Shown in pieces: positions 35,992 to 46,547 of a stretch of 64,000 nucleotides of DNA (positions within the stretch are counted from its first letter, which is position 1; every line of letters begins with the position of its first letter). A program made the position numbers and the translations under genes. The stretch covers positions 40,674 through 104,673 of the IMG/VR virus record IMGVR_UViG_3300028886_000066; one strand, 5' to 3'. This stretch comes from a virus (lineage: Duplodnaviria; Caudoviricetes). The notes under the pieces were generated by a model. The model saw nothing but the letters and a program-made list of their open reading frames with translations. It did no database searches and had not been told where the DNA came from.

Positions 35992-36534
35992 ATGGATTTC
36001 AATGCCTTGGGAGCGGGTCAGCCGTTCTACGTTTTACAGAAAAGTGAGAAGCCTGTTTTACAGGTAGGTGTGGTAAAGTCAAAGAGCGAGCCCAAATCGC
36101 CCTATCAGACGAACCAGCCTGCGATATTCAATGGTCTTGCCTCAATGCAGGTCCAGAACCTCGTAGTCGATATGGTGGTTACGCTCAACGGTGCTGACGT
36201 GCCTTTCAGCAACCTTCCAATGAATGCCGAGACGTCATCATACAACAATGGACAGACGTTTGTCAGTTGCAGCCGTGAGGCGATGCTTCAAGGCGTGGAC
36301 TCGATGATACAGGCGTCAAGGAAGGCTCTTGAGCAGGTAGGTTATCACGAGTCCGTCCTTTCTGAAGGTGAGAAGATGCTTGAAACGCTTAATCCCCGCT
36401 ACGCCGAGGAGAAGCAGCGTGACCGTAGTATCAAGTCCTTGGAGGAGCGTCAGGCGGCTACCGACAGCAAGCTCGACAAGATTCTCTCGCGTCTCGACGA
36501 GTTCTTTGCGCCATCCAAGAAACAGAATCCTTAA
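35992..36534 (+). CDS. hypothetical protein (180 aa) with C-terminal coiled coil
   Basis: ORF in the accessory module. Confidence 0.8.
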   Translation: MDFNALGAGQPFYVLQKSEKPVLQVGVVKSKSEPKSPYQTNQPAIFNGLASMQVQNLVVDMVVTLNGADVPFSNLPMNAETSSYNNGQTFVSCSREAMLQGVDSMIQASRKALEQVGYHESVLSEGEKMLETLNPRYAEEKQRDRSIKSLEERQAATDSKLDKILSRLDEFFAPSKKQNP

Positions 36535-36547
36535 ACAAGTTACGATT

Positions 36548-36784
36548 ATGGGAAGACATTTTATCATTGTAGACGATAAGCACACTGATGACGGCTATCG
36601 TCGTGAGGAAATGTACCGTCGCATGAATGGTGGCTATCGCAATGACGGTTACCGTATGCACGAAGGCAGCAAGGAGAAGGAGTACGACGAGGGCTACCGC
36701 ACAGGTTATGAGCATGGCTATAAAGACCATGAGCAGGATGAGAACTGGCGTCGTATGCGCGACTCTCGCGGACGGTATATGTAG
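36548..36784 (+). CDS. small R/D/E/Y-rich protein ending RDSRGRYM
   Basis: Start reset to ATG 36548. Confidence 0.75.
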   Translation: MGRHFIIVDDKHTDDGYRREEMYRRMNGGYRNDGYRMHEGSKEKEYDEGYRTGYEHGYKDHEQDENWRRMRDSRGRYM

Positions 36785-36845
36785 TTAATAATGGGGTGGG
36801 TGTTTAGTTACGCCCATCCCTATATTGTATAAAAGACGGATAAAT

Positions 36846-37244
36846 ATGAAACAGTATATTTCAGAAGACAGGGCTATCTATGAAGACCTGTATAAAGGCC
36901 AGTTCAGCAGGAAGCTGGCTCAGTGGGCAATCTCTAATATGGAGGTGGAAGACCCTACTAATGGTGACATGAAGAAGATAACGCCTCGCTCGGCAGATGA
37001 TGTCGCGGAAATTCTCTCTGCCAATAAGGTGAAGTTGCCAGACAGTATGTTCTATACGGCATGGTACTTGTTCAATATGGCCATCGCCGACTATCAGAAG
37101 ACGTGCAAGACGGATGAGCAACGTGCAACGTTTGTGGAAGAGACACTGCTTGACCCTGACGGTTGTCCTGAGAACACCCTTGACTGCTTTGTGACCAAGA
37201 TGGGGAATGCTGGAATACCTATATTCTGGGAGAGATTCGTTTAG
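36846..37244 (+). CDS. hypothetical protein (132 aa)
   Basis: Start reset to ATG 36846. Confidence 0.8.
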   Translation: MKQYISEDRAIYEDLYKGQFSRKLAQWAISNMEVEDPTNGDMKKITPRSADDVAEILSANKVKLPDSMFYTAWYLFNMAIADYQKTCKTDEQRATFVEETLLDPDGCPENTLDCFVTKMGNAGIPIFWERFV

Positions 37245-37247
37245 CCT

Positions 37248-37655
37248 ATGGTAACGACTGGTTTTTGGATTGGTGACAGAGATTGGTGGATAATGGCATC
37301 TTTGGGTGTGTCTGACACAGAAGACCTGAATGATGTGTATGAGGCTTTGTTGTCCGTCGGTTGTCCTGACTATAAGGCGCGAGAGGTGTGTATGACGCTC
37401 TCTCAGCCGAACAATGGTTATACTTTGACGGACTACGAGGGTAAGTACTCTCTGATGTTTGTCAGCTGGGCAACATCACCAGAGCAGATGTACGACTCCA
37501 TCGACCATGAGAAGCAGCACGTCATTGCCCATATCAGCAAGTACTATGACATAGACCCGAAGAGCGAGGAGGCTGCGTATCTTGCTGGTGAGCTTGGGCG
37601 ATTGCTTTTCCCCGCTGCATCGTATGTAGTCTGCCCGTTATGTCACGGTATATGA
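37248..37655 (+). CDS. HExxH zincin-like protein
   Basis: DHEKQHV..EEAAY. Confidence 0.65.
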   Translation: MVTTGFWIGDRDWWIMASLGVSDTEDLNDVYEALLSVGCPDYKAREVCMTLSQPNNGYTLTDYEGKYSLMFVSWATSPEQMYDSIDHEKQHVIAHISKYYDIDPKSEEAAYLAGELGRLLFPAASYVVCPLCHGI

Positions 37656-37864
37656 AGACTGGCTTATACCCTCTGAGCGACAGCGTCAACCTTCTCGTAT
37701 TGAAGGGAGTGAACCTGTTGTCGCTTGATGATGTAGACTCATGGCTATATGCTATCGGCATGAATGCCAGTGAGCGTAGTGAGGCGTGTTGTCAGTTGAT
37801 TTCAGATGGTCATTTTGATGTGTGCAACATCGAATATCGTGTCCATGTGAAGTGTTTGGCGTAG
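37652..37864 (+). CDS. hypothetical protein (70 aa)
   Basis: ATGA overlap with the upstream gene. Confidence 0.5.
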   Translation: MKTGLYPLSDSVNLLVLKGVNLLSLDDVDSWLYAIGMNASERSEACCQLISDGHFDVCNIEYRVHVKCLA

Positions 37865-38015
37865 TTAGGTTCTCTTTAATTGGAAGTGGGGTGGCATTCG
37901 TGTCACCCTTTGTTTTGCAATGTGTTTGCAAATATAATTGCTTGTTTTGCAGGTTGTTCGAGGAAATAGTTAAAGTTTTAATTATTTTTGCCGTACAACA
38001 CAAAAATTACGAGAT

Positions 38016-41000
38016 ATGGCAAATACATTGATGTTCGAGGTCGGTGTAAAAGAGGCTGGCAACCAACTCTCCGATTTGGAAAAAAGATTAAAAGAACTTG
38101 TCGCAAAGTACGGCACGATGAAGATAGCTGTTGAGATAGGCAATCTTGACACGTTTATCAATGCACTAAAAACTATAGGCAACGGTGAACAGTTAAAGCC
38201 GCTATTAGACCGCATTCAAACTTTACAGAACCGATTGGGTGCGCTTGGAGACAAAGGCCAATACTTTGATATGCTAAGAGGTAACGCCGCCGCCGCCGCT
38301 AAGGAGGTTGAGAAAGCGGAAAAGTATCTTGTTGCAATGCAGAAGACTGGTAACACAGGCTTTATAGCAAGTGCTAAAGATAGTTTGCAAAGGGCGCAGG
38401 TAGAGGCTACAAGAGCAAACGAAATGCTTGCTTCTGCTACAGAGCGTTTTGCTAAGGAGGAAGAGCGAGTTGCCCGCGAAACGAACAACACAAAAGCACG
38501 GATAGATGCACTTGGTACAAGTGTCACGGAATTACATGCAAAGCTTGGAAGCGGCATAAACATTAACTTTGATACGAGTAAATTCAGTGCTTGGGCGTCA
38601 GAAGTTCAAGGCGTATCGTTAGCTGTAAAGGAACTGGTAGAGCAGCTGAAGAATATTACACCATTAGATGGATTAAAGACCATAACCACATCGGCACAAA
38701 GTGCAACAAATGCGTTGAAATATACGACAGAAGAAATTGAAAGACAGAAGAATACAGTAGAGAAATACGAAGCACTTCTTGCGTCTCGCACGAGATGGGT
38801 AACAAATCAAAGGGAAGCTTTATCATCGGCTTATTATGGACTGAATATTGACGGCCCCAAGCGTCTGCTCGATATTGAAAAAGAACGTGCTCAAGTTCTT
38901 GACCAAATCAAGAAGAAAGAAAAAGATTTGTCCGATGAAAGACAGGCATACTTAAAAGGTAGGCTTTCTGGTATATCTGCTCCAGAAAAGGCAGTTCTTC
39001 GGTCTATGGAGAAAGCCTACCAATTCACTGTGAAGATGAATGCTGAAGCTCAGTCGTTTAAAGCCAATATTGGGAAAGACGCTATATATTCTCTGAGAAG
39101 TGAATTACAAAACTTGAATGTATCGAATCTTTCTTCCACAATGCACGAAGTTAAAGATTATATATCATATTTAAAGGAAGAATTAAAAAGACTTGGAAGC
39201 AATTCATCCATTGACACAAGTGGATTACAGACTTTAATACAGAAAGCAGAAGAAGCCTATCAAGCTTATAAAAAAATAACCAATGAGCATAATAAAGCTT
39301 TGGGAAAATATGCGGAAGCATCAGGTCACCCGTCTTTTGGTTATATGGGAGCTGTTTCCGGTCATAACCAGTTGATGGGGTTATACGCAAAAAATGAATC
39401 TCTAAGCGAAGAATCAAGAAGCCTCAAGTATCATCTTGACAAAGAAACAGAGTCATTGGAAGCACAGGCGAAAGCATCTCAAAATCTTGCTCAAGCAAAA
39501 CAAAAGCTTAATGAGATGCAGGCACAAAATGCTCAGTCTGCAGAGAAAGTGGCTCAAGCCACCCAACAACTCAATCAAGCAGAGCAAAAGATTGCTGAGA
39601 CGCAACAAAAGGGAGCGCAACAGGGAAATCTCTTTGACCCTCAAAAGTTTACGAGCCTACAGGAAGCTATAGACAAGATTATTTCAGAGATTAACAGGCT
39701 AAAAGAGGCGTTCTCTGGTATCGGTAAGATAGAAGGCTTGTCGCAGATGACGACCGACATCAATGGTCTGATGCACAATGTCAACAATCTGAAAGATGTG
39801 TTGTCAACGCTTAGTTCTGCTGTTAAGATTGACCAGAGTTCTCCGCTCATCAAGAAACTGACTGCTGATGCCGAAGCCGCAGAGAAGAAGATACAGGAGT
39901 TAACGGAGAAGCTGAATGCCATGTCAGCGGCTCAGAACAAGGTCGCCGAGAGTGTTGCCAAGTCTGGTAAGAGCGAGACGCAGGTCACTGACTCTCAAAC
40001 GGCAATGTTCAACAGGTACAGGAAGCTGATGGCCGACATCCATAATATCAAGCGCGAAATCGTTGATATTCAGCGTAGTGACGGTGGTGGTGGTGCTCTT
40101 GGTGCGCAGTTGGGCCAGTATTTCTCTGCATTGAACAGGGTACGCAATGAGATAGCAAAGATAACATCTGCACCCAGCCTTGCTGAAGCCATATCGCGCG
40201 GTATGAGTTCTGAGATGCTGAGTAAGCTCAGTTCGTCTCTTGCGGCCATCAAGTCTGAGTTCAAGGAAGTTATAAGCGGTGCAAAGGCTTTCAACAAAGA
40301 GTTTGATAAAGGTAGTGCTCAGTCAGAGGCGCGTATCAGAAAACTTGGTATGGCTTTCAATGAGCTAAAGAACTACATGAAGAAGAATGGTGGTTCTGAG
40401 GAGATGCGGAAGTTGCAGTCGGAGATTCAGGTTGCCATTCAGAAGATGCGTCAGCTGATGAACGCAGGCGACTATAGTGGTGCTATCCGTGTCTTTGAGC
40501 GCATGAATAGCACTATTAGGCAAACATCTCAGGCCATTAAAGAGTATGAACGTTCCGTCCTTGGCGCAGCTGCATCAAATTCACACTTATCCGCTTCCGA
40601 ACAACAGTTAGCCAACAGTATTAAACATAGTACTGATTCTATGAGGAGTCAGTCACAAGTTTTAGGAGACCTAAAAACGTTGGCGACGCAATATCTCGGT
40701 GTTTGGGGCGCACAAGGATTCCTTCGTAATGTTATAGAAATTGGTGGTCAGTTGGAACAACAGCGTCTCTCTATTGGTGCCATTCTCGGAGATATGGCGG
40801 CGGGTCAGCATTTGTTTGACCAAATCAAGGAACTTGCCCTTACCTCCCCATTTGGCGTAATGGAGCTTGATAAAGACACTAAGCAGTTGTCAGCATACGG
40901 ATTCAAGCAGAGCGAGTTGTTTGATATGACAAAACGTCTCGCCGACATATCTGCTGGTGCAGGAACAGAGGTGTCACGCCTTGCGCTTGCATTGGGACAC

Positions 41001-44000
41001 GTTCGTTCTGAAGGAGCTTTGACTGGATATACGCTGCGCCAGTTCGCCATGAACAACATTCCTATGCTACAGAAACTGTCAGAGCGACTGACGAAACTTG
41101 AAGGACAGATTGTTTCTACAGCAGAAATCCGCAAGAGGGTTTCCAAAAAGGAGATAGGGTACGAAGATGTTATAGCAGTTATCAAAGACCTGACCAATGA
41201 AGGTGGTATGTTCTTCAATATGCAGGAGACAATGGCTGATGCTGTCAATGCAAAGTTCAAGAACCTAAAAGACTCAATGGACATCATGTACGGCGAAATG
41301 GCCGAAGGAGGTATAGGCAGTGCGCTGAAATGGGTCGCCGAAACATTGATGAGTCTTACGAGGAATTGGGAGAAAACCGCGAGGGTAATAGGTTATGGTA
41401 CTGCCGCATTTGTCGCTTATCGACTTGCTATCACTTCTGCGAATACACAGCTCCTTACCTACGGAAGCACACTTGGTGCAACGTCAAAAACTCTTAATGC
41501 GAAGGCTATCGCGCTTGGCGTCAACACTGCTGCTGTAAAGAGGCTTACTGCAGACGAGGTCGATGAGTTGGTCACTCTGAAACTTGTCACCCGCGAACAG
41601 TTGCTCAATGCCGTTGCCACAAAAAAACTGACAGTTGACCAAGCTGAACTTGCTGCTGCGACGTTTAACGTTACTCGGGCCGAATTGACATCCATTGCAA
41701 GCAAAGGAAAACTTGGTATTGCGTCTGCTGGGCTTAGCCTTCGTCTCAAGGGTCTCGCACTTTCTTTGCGTGGAGTAGGCACAGCGTTAAAGACTATGCT
41801 CCTGAATCCGGTCGGTATAGCACTCATGGCTATCACAGCAGGCTTTGAGGTGTTTATGAGATGGAAACAGAAAAATTCGGAGATAGAAGAGAGTATAGAG
41901 CGGCTTGGGCAGAAAGGCTCAGAGGGTTACAAGAATATTGCAGCCACCATGGAGAAATACTCAGGCAAGGACGGCAAGATGAGTGAGTCTGAATATTCGA
42001 CTGCTATTAGCGATATTATAGACACGCTGAAAAACTATGCGCCCAATATACATAACATACAAGAAGAGGCTCAGTCTATCGACAATCTCGCTGAGCGTTA
42101 CATGTATCTACGTGATGAGCTTGAATCAACAAGGAACGCCTACGCAGACCTTGAACGGACGAAGGCTTTTGCAAGTAATGCAAATGAAGCAACTGGAAAT
42201 ATCCTTAATGACACCTTTACAGAGAATGTCGAAGAATATATAGGTAAAGTCCAAGATTTGGATAAAGCAGAACAAGAGCTGTTACAGCATCGTGTGACTT
42301 TAGACAAGACTATCGGCGAATTGGAAAGGAAGACTGCATTTAAGCGTCGGATGGATTCCAACGGCAACGCCTTGCCATTGATTGAGCAGTTAAAGTATAT
42401 AAAAAACACGGACTGGAATAAGGCGTTTTCTCCTATGCTGTACAGCAATTCGTCTGGCGCAGCGGAAGCTTTTAGTGATTTCGGTGTTGCGATAAAGAAT
42501 ATGAGCGACACCATGCACAACGAAGTACTGCCTGACTTGCAGAATTTCGCTAATCGTCTCGATAATCAATATTCGGGTGTGTTTGGCAAAAACTGGAAGG
42601 AAAACGCGGATAATATAAAGACCGCGTGGATGGCCGTTGTGTCTGAAATTGATAAAGTTCCTGGTATGACGGATAGTGTCAAGCGTGAACTGCTTGAAAA
42701 GATATTCAATGAGACGTGGAAAATGAATATTGACTTCAGTACGGGGGAGGTAACTGAAAGCCTGACTGGATGGCGTAAGGAGATGCAGGACTGGCTTGAT
42801 GAGAATGGGCTTAAATTCAGAATTGGCTTTAATGACTCCCGCGAGGATATATACAAAAAGGCCAAGGCTGCTCAGGAGGCGGCTCAGACTGAAATGAATA
42901 ATGCGGGAAAGGTGCTTATAAGTATAGGTTTCAAACTCGATAATCTACCTAAAGAATTACCGAGTCCGTTACAAACACCTTGGAACCAAAAGAATCTTGA
43001 AGATTATGCCGAGCAGAAAGTTATTGATGATACGTGGGAAAAGTTCCAGAAGCATTTCGGAGCAGATTGGCAGACAAAGCAAGACAAGACAAACGCAAAG
43101 AAAAATAATGGGCGCAACGACGACAAGGAAGCAAAGCGTCTGCGTGAGGTTGTGAAGTTATATAAGGACGCTTTTGATTGGTATAATAAATACGAGAAAC
43201 AAGTTGGCAAGGGCAGTGCGCTATCAAAAGTACAAGAACAATTCAAGCCCTTGTTTGACCAGTTTAGTGACCAGTTTAAACAGACTCTTTCTCTCGACTC
43301 TATTCCGCTTTACAAGGAGAATTTAGAGTCGTTACTTGCTGAGGCTGAGAAGCTGTATCAAGACCCGAAGCATAAGAACTCGTATATGGTCGAGGCCATT
43401 AAACAGATTCGCGATGCTATCAATAATGTTGACTTTGAAGAGTTAGGGAATAAGCAGGAAGAGTTCCTGAGCAAGACACAAATACAGCTTGACAATCTTA
43501 CGAGGTCGTGGGAGACGTTCAATTCCGTGCGTGACGCAACGGGTAACATTGAGTTGGCCGTACAGCTAAGTGGCGCAGGCTATCAGGCGGGGACAAATAT
43601 CAATCTTGCCGATGCTCTCCGCAAGAAGATAGAGGGCGACTTTGCCGCTGCAGGTGCGATTGCTATACCGTTTGACATCAACTTCTCAGACGAAGAGATA
43701 TTCAACCGTATTTCCGCTGCGATGCCCGAAAAGACGCAAGAGCAGATTAAGGGCATTGTCGAGGAGTACAAGAAATGGCGTGACTTGCAGCGCGACGTGG
43801 TAAAGACCGATATTCAGAACTTTGGCAAACTACTTGGCTCCATTGTCGATTACAAGAGCGAAATACAAAAGCTCAACGATGAGTATAACAAGCAAAAAGA
43901 AATGCTTGATGCTCTATATGCTTTGGGCATGATAGACAAAAATGCCTATGACAAGGCTATGGGCATTATCGCAACGAGCAAAGACGATGCGATTTGGCAA

Positions 44001-45728
44001 AAGTCTGCTACATATATCGACCTTATGAATCATTCGCTCGCAATGACTAAGCCAGAGATTGATGCAGCAGCCAGGGCACAGGAAGAAAACTTGAATGCGA
44101 GACTGACAGCTGGAACTATAAAAGCAGAAGATTTCTATCAAGAAATAGTTAAACTCCGCAAGATAACAACCGAATGGAATACCGAGGGTTTCCTTGGTAG
44201 TAAAGGGGCGTTTGGTTCTTTTGTCAGCGGCGGGAATCAAGGATTGATGGACTACTATGACAGGAGGAGAAATAGGGCATGGCGTGACTATTCTAACGCT
44301 GACGTAAAAGATAGTCCAGAAGCACAGGAGAAACTTATAGAAGCGCAACATTACGACAAGTTGTATCAGTCTCTTGCCAAGTTGACTGACAGTGCAGAAG
44401 ACGTTGTCAATGCGTTCCAGACGCTGCAGGGTGGTGTAGACCTTCTTGGGAATCTTTTTGACTCTTTAGGAATGGGCAGTGCTGCAACTGCCATGAGTGA
44501 CGCGGGTGGTCTGTTGAGCGGGGCACTGGGAGGGGCATCGTCATTAAGTGCGCTTGGCCCTTATGGTATGGCGGCTGGTGCTGCACTTGGTCTTGCTACC
44601 AGTATTGCCGAGTTAAATGACAAGGGAATACAGCGAGAGATTGAAGCATTACAGGATAACGTTGAAGCTCTCGAAGCCAATACCAACTCCATCCGTGCAG
44701 CCCGCGAACGTACTTTGGGATATGATGCTGGAGTGCTGAGACGTGCGATGTCTGGACTTTACGAGGACACGACGAAGAATATTAATTTCTTCGGGAAAGA
44801 CCTTACTGTAACCTCTGCAGCTAAAAAAACTATGCAGGAGTACTACAATGCGGGTACAAATAAAACTGGCTACGCAGCAGAACTTGAAAACCTTAAAGAG
44901 ATGCGCGAAAACTATCTGGAGATGTATGACAAGGAAAACAGCAAGAAGAAAACATCGAATAGTGCCCTTGAAGAATACAAGCAGAAGATGGCCGAGCTTG
45001 ACGAGCAGATAATGTACTTTGTTGAAGACCTCGCCAATGAGTTGTGGGGTATTGACTTCAAGGCTTGGGCAAGTCAAATCAGCGACGCTTTGTGGACTGC
45101 CTTTGAAAACGGTGAGAGTGCCCTTGATGCCTTCCATGATGCCGCAAAAGACATCATTTCAGATGTTGCCAAGCGGATGATGAACATACATCTTATTGAA
45201 CCTGTGTTCCAGCAGTTGGAAGAGCGGCTATTTGGGAAGATGGAGAATGGCAAGCGTGTGGGCGGTGCGGCATACAACTACGACACAGGGGAGTTTAATG
45301 AGAAGGAGACACTGAAAATTCTTGGAGAGGCTTTCGGAGAAAATGGAGAGTTCGCAAAGGTTATCAGTGCTGCCGAGGACTTCTATAACATGGCAAAGAC
45401 GGTCACTGGATTTGACTTTGGGGAAGACAGCACTGGTAGCCGCTCATCATCTGCAATCAGCAAGACTATAACCGAGGAACAATCGAACCTACTGATAGCA
45501 CTTGTAAATACTATCAGAGCTGACGTGTCTGTCAACCGGACGATGATAGCACAGTACTTCCCGCTGTACTATCAGGCGCTTACGAGCGGTAACGAGACTC
45601 TTGGCTCTATAGCGATGAACACCCGTGCCATTATGGAGAGCAATGCAACGATAGCTCAGAGGGTTTCCAACCTTGATGACAGTATCAATGGACTGAAAAA
45701 CAAGGTGTGGCGTTTGCCTGTGTCGTAG
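38016..45728 (+). CDS. tail tape measure protein (2570 aa)
   Basis: Very long helical ORF; tape-measure domain QLEQQRLSIGAILGD..ELALTSPF; -7 element TATTTTTG at 37983-37990. Confidence 0.9.
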   Translation: MANTLMFEVGVKEAGNQLSDLEKRLKELVAKYGTMKIAVEIGNLDTFINALKTIGNGEQLKPLLDRIQTLQNRLGALGDKGQYFDMLRGNAAAAAKEVEKAEKYLVAMQKTGNTGFIASAKDSLQRAQVEATRANEMLASATERFAKEEERVARETNNTKARIDALGTSVTELHAKLGSGININFDTSKFSAWASEVQGVSLAVKELVEQLKNITPLDGLKTITTSAQSATNALKYTTEEIERQKNTVEKYEALLASRTRWVTNQREALSSAYYGLNIDGPKRLLDIEKERAQVLDQIKKKEKDLSDERQAYLKGRLSGISAPEKAVLRSMEKAYQFTVKMNAEAQSFKANIGKDAIYSLRSELQNLNVSNLSSTMHEVKDYISYLKEELKRLGSNSSIDTSGLQTLIQKAEEAYQAYKKITNEHNKALGKYAEASGHPSFGYMGAVSGHNQLMGLYAKNESLSEESRSLKYHLDKETESLEAQAKASQNLAQAKQKLNEMQAQNAQSAEKVAQATQQLNQAEQKIAETQQKGAQQGNLFDPQKFTSLQEAIDKIISEINRLKEAFSGIGKIEGLSQMTTDINGLMHNVNNLKDVLSTLSSAVKIDQSSPLIKKLTADAEAAEKKIQELTEKLNAMSAAQNKVAESVAKSGKSETQVTDSQTAMFNRYRKLMADIHNIKREIVDIQRSDGGGGALGAQLGQYFSALNRVRNEIAKITSAPSLAEAISRGMSSEMLSKLSSSLAAIKSEFKEVISGAKAFNKEFDKGSAQSEARIRKLGMAFNELKNYMKKNGGSEEMRKLQSEIQVAIQKMRQLMNAGDYSGAIRVFERMNSTIRQTSQAIKEYERSVLGAAASNSHLSASEQQLANSIKHSTDSMRSQSQVLGDLKTLATQYLGVWGAQGFLRNVIEIGGQLEQQRLSIGAILGDMAAGQHLFDQIKELALTSPFGVMELDKDTKQLSAYGFKQSELFDMTKRLADISAGAGTEVSRLALALGHVRSEGALTGYTLRQFAMNNIPMLQKLSERLTKLEGQIVSTAEIRKRVSKKEIGYEDVIAVIKDLTNEGGMFFNMQETMADAVNAKFKNLKDSMDIMYGEMAEGGIGSALKWVAETLMSLTRNWEKTARVIGYGTAAFVAYRLAITSANTQLLTYGSTLGATSKTLNAKAIALGVNTAAVKRLTADEVDELVTLKLVTREQLLNAVATKKLTVDQAELAAATFNVTRAELTSIASKGKLGIASAGLSLRLKGLALSLRGVGTALKTMLLNPVGIALMAITAGFEVFMRWKQKNSEIEESIERLGQKGSEGYKNIAATMEKYSGKDGKMSESEYSTAISDIIDTLKNYAPNIHNIQEEAQSIDNLAERYMYLRDELESTRNAYADLERTKAFASNANEATGNILNDTFTENVEEYIGKVQDLDKAEQELLQHRVTLDKTIGELERKTAFKRRMDSNGNALPLIEQLKYIKNTDWNKAFSPMLYSNSSGAAEAFSDFGVAIKNMSDTMHNEVLPDLQNFANRLDNQYSGVFGKNWKENADNIKTAWMAVVSEIDKVPGMTDSVKRELLEKIFNETWKMNIDFSTGEVTESLTGWRKEMQDWLDENGLKFRIGFNDSREDIYKKAKAAQEAAQTEMNNAGKVLISIGFKLDNLPKELPSPLQTPWNQKNLEDYAEQKVIDDTWEKFQKHFGADWQTKQDKTNAKKNNGRNDDKEAKRLREVVKLYKDAFDWYNKYEKQVGKGSALSKVQEQFKPLFDQFSDQFKQTLSLDSIPLYKENLESLLAEAEKLYQDPKHKNSYMVEAIKQIRDAINNVDFEELGNKQEEFLSKTQIQLDNLTRSWETFNSVRDATGNIELAVQLSGAGYQAGTNINLADALRKKIEGDFAAAGAIAIPFDINFSDEEIFNRISAAMPEKTQEQIKGIVEEYKKWRDLQRDVVKTDIQNFGKLLGSIVDYKSEIQKLNDEYNKQKEMLDALYALGMIDKNAYDKAMGIIATSKDDAIWQKSATYIDLMNHSLAMTKPEIDAAARAQEENLNARLTAGTIKAEDFYQEIVKLRKITTEWNTEGFLGSKGAFGSFVSGGNQGLMDYYDRRRNRAWRDYSNADVKDSPEAQEKLIEAQHYDKLYQSLAKLTDSAEDVVNAFQTLQGGVDLLGNLFDSLGMGSAATAMSDAGGLLSGALGGASSLSALGPYGMAAGAALGLATSIAELNDKGIQREIEALQDNVEALEANTNSIRAARERTLGYDAGVLRRAMSGLYEDTTKNINFFGKDLTVTSAAKKTMQEYYNAGTNKTGYAAELENLKEMRENYLEMYDKENSKKKTSNSALEEYKQKMAELDEQIMYFVEDLANELWGIDFKAWASQISDALWTAFENGESALDAFHDAAKDIISDVAKRMMNIHLIEPVFQQLEERLFGKMENGKRVGGAAYNYDTGEFNEKETLKILGEAFGENGEFAKVISAAEDFYNMAKTVTGFDFGEDSTGSRSSSAISKTITEEQSNLLIALVNTIRADVSVNRTMIAQYFPLYYQALTSGNETLGSIAMNTRAIMESNATIAQRVSNLDDSINGLKNKVWRLPVS

Positions 45729-45755
45729 TCACATTACTCATCTAAAGTAACGAGA

Positions 45756-45790
45756 AAGGCGGCTGTTCATCACGAATTGCCGCCTTCTTT
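45756..45790. terminator. bidirectional terminator
   Basis: AAGGCGGC/GCCGCCTT stem between convergent genes. Confidence 0.65.
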
Positions 45791-45829
45791 GAAACACATT
45801 ACCAAATAACTAAGCCAAAGAAGTTGTAT

Positions 45830-46384
45830 TCAATCGAGATAATGGAACTCATCCTTCACGGTCACGACGCCCTCTTTTTTGAGCGAGCAATCTTGTGAGT
45901 GGCGTATAACGGTTACCTTGCTTACAAGATCCGTCTTTATGTTTGCCGACGCCTTGTCGAATAAGTGTATCAATGCGTATGCGCCGTATTTCACGTCAAC
46001 GGTAACATGGGAATCATCGCGCACCCACACGTTGCACATGTGCGGACGGAATGTATATCGTATAGTGGCGTTACTCTTTCCGAGAAGGACGTACTCGCGG
46101 ATGTATATCAGTCTGCGGTCGTCTCCGCGTATGGGGTACGAGCGCGTGTCGTCGACAAGTATTCCGTGGTGACGGAGAAAATCTTGCGAAAAATGATGCT
46201 TGATAAAGTCCTTGCTGGGCCACTTGTGCTTGATGCAGAAATCCAAGCCGCGTTTATACATATCGACAAGATGGTCTCTATCGGTATTATCCTCCCATTC
46301 GGAGTACCATTTGTCGCACAAGCCGATACGCCTTGCATCCTCCCTGAGTTTTACGCTGAGTTCTTTTTCCGTCATTTTATCCAT
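45830..46384 (-). CDS. hypothetical protein with beta-repeat C-terminus, antisense within the tail region
   Basis: ORF with own minus-strand TATTTTTG (46399-46406). Confidence 0.8.
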   Translation of the reverse strand: MDKMTEKELSVKLREDARRIGLCDKWYSEWEDNTDRDHLVDMYKRGLDFCIKHKWPSKDFIKHHFSQDFLRHHGILVDDTRSYPIRGDDRRLIYIREYVLLGKSNATIRYTFRPHMCNVWVRDDSHVTVDVKYGAYALIHLFDKASANIKTDLVSKVTVIRHSQDCSLKKEGVVTVKDEFHYLD

Positions 46385-46547
46385 GTTCTAAATCGTTGCA
46401 AAAATAATTATTTCCAATGACTTGCGCAATATGTTTTAAGAAAAAGTTGAAGAAAGCTACAAAAGTTTGTTGAATACGTGGCGGTTTGCGTTATTTTTGT
46501 AGCGAAATTATCGTGGCATAGCCACAATAAGCGTAACACAAAAGGAT

